A model generated the notes under the pieces. That model did no database searches. It was not told the origin of the DNA and saw only the letters and a list, made by a program, of their open reading frames with translations. Source: Candidatus Methylomirabilis oxygeniifera (GTDB lineage Bacteria; Methylomirabilota; Methylomirabilia; Methylomirabilales; Methylomirabilaceae). From it: 32,000 bases of DNA. Shown in pieces: positions 25,606 to 32,000 of this stretch (position 1 is the first letter of the stretch; each line of letters begins with the position of its first letter). The stretch is from positions 120,001 through 152,000 of the forward strand of contig FP565575.1 of the NCBI GenBank assembly GCA_000091165.1, read 5' to 3'. A program made the position numbers and the translations under genes.

Positions 25606-26070
25606 TCAGCGCGCTTCGTCGAGCCGGTATACCGCATGGCAGGCCACGCAGTTGCCGGTCAGCGTTGCAAGCCCACGGAGGATGTCGGCTTGGCTGCCGC
25701 CTGCCTGAATCTGGTCGGCCAGCATATCGAACCCCCGATGGGTGTGCATTGCCAACTCCAGGAACTGCCGAGGAAGCCGTGTCTTGATATGCGGATTGAC
25801 GTCGGCGGCTTTCCCGATGCCCGACGCGCGGGCTGCCTTTTCCGCCGCAGGGAGATCGCCGGTCGCTACGCCCTGGATGATCCCGCTTACAGACGCGAGC
25901 ATGACGCGCATCTCCGTCAGCATCATATCTCGCTGCGCATGGGCAAGGACCACGCGTTGCCGCGTATCGACCGACGATTCGTGGGGTTCAACGGCAGCCG
26001 AGTAACCGAGGCACCCAAGGACGATGGCCCCCACTACACCCGCACAGATTCCGAGCCGCGTTAGTCTCAT
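25606..26070 (-). CDS. Cytochrome c'/class II cytochrome c-like protein
   Basis: Signal peptide, helical body and a C-terminal single heme motif CVACH; start set at 26070. Confidence 0.7.
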   Translation of the reverse strand: MRLTRLGICAGVVGAIVLGCLGYSAAVEPHESSVDTRQRVVLAHAQRDMMLTEMRVMLASVSGIIQGVATGDLPAAEKAARASGIGKAADVNPHIKTRLPRQFLELAMHTHRGFDMLADQIQAGGSQADILRGLATLTGNCVACHAVYRLDEAR

Positions 26071-26133
26071 TCTTCTCCTCGTCTCCTTTCTCTGGAAAAT
26101 AGCATTCAGCACTCAGCGCTCCTCAACCCACTG

Positions 26134-27594
26134 CTATTCAGGATGTTTTTCGGATCGAAGATGAGCCATGGACATTGTCCAGCGACTTTCTGAGACGTGT
26201 TGAATTGGCGCATTTGCCGTTTGCCACAGATTGACCGCCAGACACGCGACGGCCCCCCACCCGAGTATCCCTGAGATCGCAAAGATCGTTTGAACAAGCA
26301 GATCGACTGCCGGCAGTCGATCGGATAACCAACCTGGTGAAAGTAACGGGACAACACGACAGACCGCCGCCGCACTGCCTAGCCAAAAGGTGGCATCGAC
26401 TAATGTGGCACTGGCTACTCGTTTTCTCCGTATGAAGCCGGGCAGCATCCGAACCGACGCGCCGAAAATGAGGTGGGTGATAAAGCCAAGGAGATACATA
26501 TGGCGGATGGCGTCCGCTGCGATCGGAATCGAATAGCCGAGCAGGACGGTCGCGCCGCCAAGGAGTTCCATGAACGCGCCAAGAACAAGCCACGTATAGG
26601 CGGCGTAGACCGGGCGTTCGAATCGGCCAAACTCGCCATAATCCGGTAAGCCCGGTCGCGTGGGCGGGCGGTCCGGCCCGGTGTCAAGAAAGCGCGCATG
26701 ACGCCCTAAGGGTCGGCGGCGGGTCAGCAGATCAAGTTGCCACACGAACCAGAGGATGATACCCCCCTTCAGCAGCGTTCCCAGCGCGATGATCAATCTG
26801 ATAACGCCAGGCGCGAACCCCGCCATGGGAGGCGCCGCGGGGACCAGTTGCAGCACGACGGACAGCAGATACGCACATCCGATCCTGTACACCGGCCAAT
26901 CAGGAGCCGGTAGAGCCAGATACAGCGGAAAGAGGCGAACCGATAGCGCAAAGGCGACAGGCAACAGGACAAGACTGATGAAGGCGTGAACAGCAAATTC
27001 ATTCCAACCGGAATTTACGGCGACATTGCCGGTCAGTGCCATATGAAGCAGCAAGAACAGGTTGAGACACGCGTAGAGGATCCAGCCGGCCGCCATCATG
27101 CCAAAAAACGGCTTGACCGCACCGATCGCCGGAAGCTTTCTGGCTTGATTACTGCCGCGCATGGTCCCAATCAGGAGCGACACGTACAGGACGATTGCCC
27201 CTGCTTCCAGCAGTCCGGAGGCGCCTACCAGCCAACTGAGAGGAACAAACAGCGGGCTCTCTTCAAAGGACGCCAGAACCGTACCGCCCACCGCCCGAAA
27301 CAGCAGCCCCGGCACCATCAGCCAAAGAATGTAGTTCATTCGTTCCGGATGAGGCAGGGGGAAGCTGGCCAGTCGTGGAATGAAATGCAGGCTGATGCCC
27401 ATAATGAATACGCCTGCCCAGCCGACGAGTTGCAGATGTCCGTGCGTTTGGATCAGCGCGTAGAAACCCTGCCCTGCGGGAAGGCCGTAGGCGATGACGA
27501 CGGCGAGGTATGCGCCGAACGCAAAGCCTCCGGCAATCGCTGTGGTCAACGATGTCCAGATAAAGCCGGGGTGGAACTCGGCATAGCGCTTCAC
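26134..27594 (-). CDS. nnrS: NnrS-family multi-pass membrane protein
   Basis: 486 aa; 'HGHLQLVGWAGVFIMGISLHFIPRLASF', 'HMYLLGFITHLIFGASVRMLPGFI'. Confidence 0.8.
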   Translation of the reverse strand: MKRYAEFHPGFIWTSLTTAIAGGFAFGAYLAVVIAYGLPAGQGFYALIQTHGHLQLVGWAGVFIMGISLHFIPRLASFPLPHPERMNYILWLMVPGLLFRAVGGTVLASFEESPLFVPLSWLVGASGLLEAGAIVLYVSLLIGTMRGSNQARKLPAIGAVKPFFGMMAAGWILYACLNLFLLLHMALTGNVAVNSGWNEFAVHAFISLVLLPVAFALSVRLFPLYLALPAPDWPVYRIGCAYLLSVVLQLVPAAPPMAGFAPGVIRLIIALGTLLKGGIILWFVWQLDLLTRRRPLGRHARFLDTGPDRPPTRPGLPDYGEFGRFERPVYAAYTWLVLGAFMELLGGATVLLGYSIPIAADAIRHMYLLGFITHLIFGASVRMLPGFIRRKRVASATLVDATFWLGSAAAVCRVVPLLSPGWLSDRLPAVDLLVQTIFAISGILGWGAVACLAVNLWQTANAPIQHVSESRWTMSMAHLRSEKHPE

Positions 27595-27735
27595 TTTGAG
27601 GCTTACCTTACTGGTGGGTGGCGATCGAATAATGAGGAAAGGTAGGCTTATATCGTCGCATGAGGAAGCCTGGGGTGGTCGGCACAGACGGTCACCATAG
27701 CCCGCATAGTGCGACCACCCCGTTTACCATGATCC

Positions 27736-28335
27736 TTACAGTTTCTGTGCCTCGCTGGCCAGGTAGCTCGCGACACCGTCGGCGTCAGGCCGCATCCCCT
27801 TGGCCCCATGTGTCCAACCAGCAGGGCAGACCTCTCCATGCGTCTCAGTAAACTGGAGCGCATCCACCATGCGAAGCATCTCATCCACATTACGTCCGAG
27901 TGGCAGGTTGTTGACGACCTGGTGTTGCACGATGCCGCATTTGTCGATCAGGAAGGAGCCGCGCAGGGTCACTCCGCCAGGCAGCAGGACGTCGTATTCT
28001 CTGGCGATCGCCTTTGTCAGGTCGGCCACCAGTGGATAGCCTACCGGGCCGATGCCGCCCTTGTTGACAGCGGTGCCGCGCCATGCGCAATGGGTGAAAT
28101 GCGAATCGACGGAGCACCCGATCACCTGGACGCCGCGCTTCTCGAACTCGGCGACACGATGATCAAAGGCGATAATCTCTGAAGGACAGACGAAGGTAAA
28201 ATCGAGGGGATAGAAGAAGAGCACAACATACTTACCCCAGTAGTCGGATAACTTGAAATTGTTGTTAAAGCTGCCGTCCGCCATCACGGCGGTTGCAGTA
28301 AAATCAGGTGCGGACTTGCCTACGAGTACGCTCAT
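27736..28335 (-). CDS. 2-Cys peroxiredoxin (AhpC/TSA family)
   Basis: 199 aa from ATG at 28335; 'VVLFFYPLDFTFVCPSEIIAF' and 'HGEVCPAGW'. Confidence 0.95.
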   Translation of the reverse strand: MSVLVGKSAPDFTATAVMADGSFNNNFKLSDYWGKYVVLFFYPLDFTFVCPSEIIAFDHRVAEFEKRGVQVIGCSVDSHFTHCAWRGTAVNKGGIGPVGYPLVADLTKAIAREYDVLLPGGVTLRGSFLIDKCGIVQHQVVNNLPLGRNVDEMLRMVDALQFTETHGEVCPAGWTHGAKGMRPDADGVASYLASEAQKL

Positions 28336-28385
28336 TGCTCCTCCATGTGTGTGGGTTGTGATTTCGCGGATTGAACTACCGGCTT

Positions 28386-28706
28386 CTACTTGTGCTGTCG
28401 GTCGTGCTTCTGACGGGCGATCCGGCGGCTCTGCCTGTCTTGCGTGCGCTCGATTCTGGCGCGCTCCCGCTTCGTCACCGTCCCGTCGGCGAGCGCCCGG
28501 TCTTCCATCTGCTGCACGTGCGCCTGGCCCTTCTCGAGCCGCGCGGCCTCCCGCTCGTTCAACTGGCCGGACGCTACCCCCTGATCGATCCGGCGTTCCT
28601 GATTCTCCTGCCGCTGGTCGATGCGTGGCGTGCTTTGCGCCTGCGTCAGCGCTGGCCACGTGATCGCAGCCAGCGCCACAACCGCTAGAAACTTCACCGC
28701 CTTCAT
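28386..28706 (-). CDS. Small exported, charged helical hypothetical protein
   Basis: 106 aa with signal peptide 'MKAVKFLAVVALAAITWPALTQAQ'; Arg/Gln/Glu-rich mature part. Confidence 0.75.
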   Translation of the reverse strand: MKAVKFLAVVALAAITWPALTQAQSTPRIDQRQENQERRIDQGVASGQLNEREAARLEKGQAHVQQMEDRALADGTVTKRERARIERTQDRQSRRIARQKHDRQHK

Positions 28707-28953
28707 CGGTTCCTCCCTTTTTCTCAGTTCACGTGAGTGTCTCGTACCGGATTCGACGCCACACTCCTGTCACGGTCAGTCGTATCAAGGAGGCGCATCT
28801 CGGCCTGTATAGTGAGGGAACGTACCAGAAGCGGTAGGAGAGGTCAAGGGAAACATGGGACGTAAGGGCGTGCTGCGGTGTGCTCTTCATTGATCAGACT
28901 GGAGGGGGAATCTTCGTGATGTCTCGGTTGTTGCGAGAGCCTCAATGATTATA

Positions 28954-28992
28954 CCGTAGCGGGTTGGGGTAGTATGCCCCAACCCGCTACGG
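28954..28992. terminator. Strong hairpin downstream of the GlcG/HbpS-like gene
   Basis: Perfect 16-bp stem CCGTAGCGGGTTGGGG/CCCCAACCCGCTACGG with a 7-nt loop; little U tract. Confidence 0.7.
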
Positions 28993-29001
28993 CGTTGTCG
29001 A

Positions 29002-29811
29002 TCAGTTGCCCTCGATGGAGTTGCCATCATTGGAATCGGTGGGATTGTTGAGGCAGGTAGGGTGATTGAAGGCGCCGGGGAATGCGCCGGCTGCCTCCCC
29101 CTGAATGAGGGCATCGTTACTCGCGGAGGAGACCCCTCCGGGAAGATTTGCGACATGAAAAGCTCCGCCCGCCACCGCCTCGCGGACCTTCCAGGCCACG
29201 ACATGGTCGGTGCAGGAGGTATCGCCGGAGACGCCGATCGCGCCGACCTTTACGTGGCTGCTGTTGTATAGGGCGAGACCGCCACCGAATACGTTGATGC
29301 CGCCGACCCGCTCCTTTTCGAGCGGATCCTTGGTGGTGCCGAACTTGCCGGAGTCTCCATCATAGGCGGCTGTCGGATCGACCGGATTGCTGTGTTGGAG
29401 CCCGTACAGGCTCCCGCCCGGTTGCACTGCCTTGTGCAGATTAGCGGTAGACAAGGCGAGCAGGCCGGTACTGAAGGCGTTCGCCGTATTGGCCTTCTGG
29501 GCCGAGATGACGCGACTGCCCAGCCAGATATCGCGCACGGCGCTCTGGGAACCGGTTAACGAGTTAACGACCTCACATACCTTTCCGCTGTCATCCACCA
29601 GAGTAAGCCACATAGGGAAGTCGAGACCGCCGCTAGGGGCTCCATCAGCGTTCCCATTACCTGACGGAACAACAGCCCGCAAGGTGGTCTGCAGTGTGTC
29701 ATGAGTCAGCCCTTGGCTGGCCAATTGCGAGCAGGTATCCGCCATTGCCGGTACCGCCGCTACCATCATCCCGCCCAATACCATTGCCCCGACAAATCGA
29801 TTCCGTTTCAT
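29002..29811 (-). CDS. GlcG/HbpS-like (DUF336 family) exported protein
   Basis: Signal peptide 'MKRNRFVGAMVLGGMMVAAVPAMA'; 'GGINVFGGGLALYNSSHVKVGAIGVSGDTSCTDHVVAWKVREA'. Confidence 0.8.
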   Translation of the reverse strand: MKRNRFVGAMVLGGMMVAAVPAMADTCSQLASQGLTHDTLQTTLRAVVPSGNGNADGAPSGGLDFPMWLTLVDDSGKVCEVVNSLTGSQSAVRDIWLGSRVISAQKANTANAFSTGLLALSTANLHKAVQPGGSLYGLQHSNPVDPTAAYDGDSGKFGTTKDPLEKERVGGINVFGGGLALYNSSHVKVGAIGVSGDTSCTDHVVAWKVREAVAGGAFHVANLPGGVSSASNDALIQGEAAGAFPGAFNHPTCLNNPTDSNDGNSIEGN

Positions 29812-30449
29812 TCCGTTCGGCCCTCCTCGTGAGTGTAAGTAGTTGACTGTTCGGCTATCCGGAAATAGTTCGCCTCGTCGCGCGTGAATCGATGGAGTTG
29901 TTTCGGAGAGATCGTGCGCCATACCTATCAGTACGGCATCTCTGCGCAAAGTTGAGTGACCCCGCTACGAATGTGTCCCTTTCACCTGCGGACCGGCGAT
30001 CCCTAGTAAGGGCGCAGGATCGGGGGTCCTCGGCCGGTCCCCAACAATGTGGCTCTTCCGGGTTTCGGGTACGTAAGGATCGCATTCTCCTGAAAAATGA
30101 AGTTATTGAGCGTGGTCAGACATAACTCCATGGGGTACGTACCGTCAATACGCCTTTTGGCGTATACGATCCACTTTTCCTGATAATTCTAATGTCTGAC
30201 TCGCCGTTCTCACGAAGAGCCATAGATTACGATGAGAACATTGTACTAATAATACACAGGCTTATAGCGATGGAATATAGCAGTAGACGGAAGAATAAGT
30301 CACTACCAATCACTGATCCGGCCGCTTGCCGGCCTGCCTTCGTGATGGACATCTCTCTTGATCTATGATAGGAAATCGTTGTAGCGGGTCCCTACAGAAG
30401 GGCCTCCGTTAACGCATAACACAATACAATAACCGAAGGGAGAGCGAGG

Positions 30450-31427
30450 ATGATGCCGAAAACAAGTCATCGAAGCTGCCGATGCCTCGTAATCGCGCTT
30501 CTGTGGTGGTTCGCTCATGTTTCGTCGGCCGCTGCGGCCGGACCGATGGCCTATGTGGCGAATGAAAAATCCGATGATGTGTCGGTCATCGACACTTCAA
30601 CGAATACAGTGATCCGCACGATCGCGGTGGGTAAGCGGCCGAGAGGCGTGGCGATCTCGCCGGACCGACGTCACGTGTACATTGCCAACGGCAATTCCGA
30701 TGACATTAGTATCATCGATGCCGAGGTTGGGAAGGTCGTGGAAACATGGCCTGCAGGGGTCGACCCCGAGGGGGTGGCGCTGAGTCCTGACGGGACCCGT
30801 CTGTACGCAGTGAACGAGAATGGCGGAACGGTCACGGTGATCAACACCAAGACCGGCACAGTGATTGCCACCATCGAGGTCCAGGTAGAGCCGGAGTCGA
30901 TTGCCGTCAGTCCCGATGGACAGGTTGCCTACGTCTCCAACGAAACATCGAATACGATTTCGGTTATCGATACGGCGACCCTCAAGGTACTAACGGCTAT
31001 CCCGGTTGCGAAGAACCCGCGTGGGATCGCCTTCAGCCCTGACGGCAAGTATGCCTACGTGACCAGCGAGCAGGTCGAGCCCGGCGTGCTGTCGGTGATC
31101 GAGGTGGCTCGCCATAAGGTGATCAAGAGCATCCCGGTCGGCGAACGGCCGGTTGGAGTGGTGGTGTCACGGGACGGTCGCACCCTTTATGTGGCGCACG
31201 GCCGGAGTAATGCCGTCTATGTCGTCGATGCCCGCACCTTGACCGTCACCAAACAGATCCCGGTGGGCCAGCGGGCCTGGTACCTGGCCTTTACGCCGGA
31301 CGAGCAACGTCTCTATGTCGCCTGTGGTCGCAGCGACGCGGTGTCGGTGATTGATGTCGCAGCCGGGAAAGTCATCGCCACGGTTCCGGTCGGCAAGATA
31401 CCGTTTGGCGTCGCCATTCCACAGTAA
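30450..31427 (+). CDS. YVTN-family beta-propeller exported protein
   Basis: 325 aa; seven or so ~42-aa repeats such as 'VAYVANEKSDDVSVIDTSTNTVIRTIAVGKRPRGVAISPDG'. Confidence 0.95.
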   Translation: MMPKTSHRSCRCLVIALLWWFAHVSSAAAAGPMAYVANEKSDDVSVIDTSTNTVIRTIAVGKRPRGVAISPDRRHVYIANGNSDDISIIDAEVGKVVETWPAGVDPEGVALSPDGTRLYAVNENGGTVTVINTKTGTVIATIEVQVEPESIAVSPDGQVAYVSNETSNTISVIDTATLKVLTAIPVAKNPRGIAFSPDGKYAYVTSEQVEPGVLSVIEVARHKVIKSIPVGERPVGVVVSRDGRTLYVAHGRSNAVYVVDARTLTVTKQIPVGQRAWYLAFTPDEQRLYVACGRSDAVSVIDVAAGKVIATVPVGKIPFGVAIPQ

Positions 31428-31442
31428 TGACAGTAGGTAGAT

Positions 31443-31512
31443 AGACCGAAGACTGACGACTGAAGGATCCTGATCCTCCGCCTTCAGCCTATCGACCTTT
31501 AGTCTTCAGTCT
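31443..31512. repeat. CTGAAGG/CCTTCAG-type intergenic inverted repeat, copy B
   Basis: AGACCGAAGACT (31443-31454) opposite AGTCTTCAGTCT (31501-31512), with an inner GACTGAAGG/CCTTCAGCC-like pair. Confidence 0.7.
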
Positions 31513-31558
31513 GCACTTGAACGCTGACCGCTGAACGCTTTTTCTAAGGAGATCGTCC

Positions 31559-31834
31559 ATGCCAAAGTATCTGATCGAGCGTGATATCCCGGGGGCGGGC
31601 AAGCTGTCGTCTCAGGAGCTTCAGGTCATTTCGCAAAAGTCGTGCGGCGTGCTCGGAAAGCTGGGGCCGCAGATTCAGTGGGTCCACAGCTACGTGACTG
31701 ACGAGAAGGTGTACTGTGTCTACATTGCACCAAATGCCGACATGGTCCTGGAGCATGCCCGCAATGGCGGCTTCCCGGCGAACCGGGTGTCGGAGATCAG
31801 ATCGATGATCGACCCCACAACCGCCGAAGGATGA
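31559..31834 (+). CDS. DUF4242-like small protein
   Basis: 91 aa 'MPKYLIERDIPGAGKLSSQELQVISQKSCGVLGKLGPQIQWVHSYVTDEKVYCVYIAPNADMVLEHARNGGFPANRVSEI'. Confidence 0.85.
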   Translation: MPKYLIERDIPGAGKLSSQELQVISQKSCGVLGKLGPQIQWVHSYVTDEKVYCVYIAPNADMVLEHARNGGFPANRVSEIRSMIDPTTAEG

Positions 31835-31856
31835 AGCGATCAGCGGTCAGGGGCGT

Positions 31857-31970
31857 AGGCTGAAGGCTGAAGGATTCTTCAGGTCTCCTACCTTCAGTCT
31901 ATTCACCTTCGGCCTTCCGCCTGAGGCTGATAGCTGACTGCTGTTCGCTGTTTTCTAAACCTTGACAACT
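31857..31970. repeat. CTGAAGG/CCTTCAG-type intergenic repeat region, copy C
   Basis: AGGCTGAAGGCTGAAGG followed by CCTTCAGTCT, CCTTCGGCCTT and further CTGA-rich units. Confidence 0.65.
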
Positions 31971-32000
31971 CCGCTGAGAGGTTGGAAAATCGCCGCGATT

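Noticed and set aside
28336-28659. N-terminal extension of the peroxiredoxin ORF
   Set aside because: Overlaps the 106-aa exported protein gene; the true N-terminus MSVLVGKSAPDF starts at 28335.
29941-30060. Cyclic-di-GMP (GEMM) riboswitch suggested by 'GTAGCGGGGT' on the minus strand
   Set aside because: The remaining conserved GEMM nucleotides and helices are absent, so the match is probably coincidental.
1-32000. CRISPR array, defence island, rRNA or tRNA
   Set aside because: No regularly spaced direct repeats, no cas-like or recognised defence-type protein, and no rRNA/tRNA-like sequence seen on reading; a tRNAscan-SE/CRISPRCasFinder run would be needed for certainty.

Overview
The 32 kb window reads as a GC-rich bacterial chromosome from a C1-oxidising organism. 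XoxF, two NnrS-type proteins and a cytochrome c'-like protein together recall NC10/'Methylomirabilis'-type bacteria, but that assignment is inference. Main blocks: (1) a lanthanide-type methanol dehydrogenase locus, xoxF / xoxJ / xoxG plus a small exported protein (804-4715); (2) a cold-shock protein gene with a terminator-like hairpin in its leader (4820-5185); (3) a tightly overlapping minus-strand five-gene operon (11578 to 7343) with a heme-oxygenase-like putative diiron enzyme, a divergent phosphoribosyltransferase-like protein, an FAH-family hydrolase, a short VOC/HPPD-like protein and a homogentisate-dioxygenase-like protein, probably the least explained system here; (4) a decayed segment with a tyrosine-recombinase relic and a small two-gene module (11700-12900); (5) a probable arginine/ornithine catabolic cluster: ALDH, arginine-dihydrolase-like hydrolase, class III aminotransferase and TPP enzyme (12958-18237); (6) secreted and envelope proteins, including a DUF3015/DUF4105-like pair; (7) a minus-strand nitric-oxide-related group with a DUF542-NnrS-DUF1858-like fusion, an FmdE-like protein, a cytochrome c'-like protein and a second NnrS (23012-27594); (8) peroxiredoxin, GlcG/HbpS-like, YVTN beta-propeller and DUF4242-like proteins. 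Several hairpins and dispersed intergenic repeats sit at gene 3' ends or in leaders. I saw no CRISPR array, rRNA or convincing tRNA. All family names come from recognising sequence motifs, with no database search.
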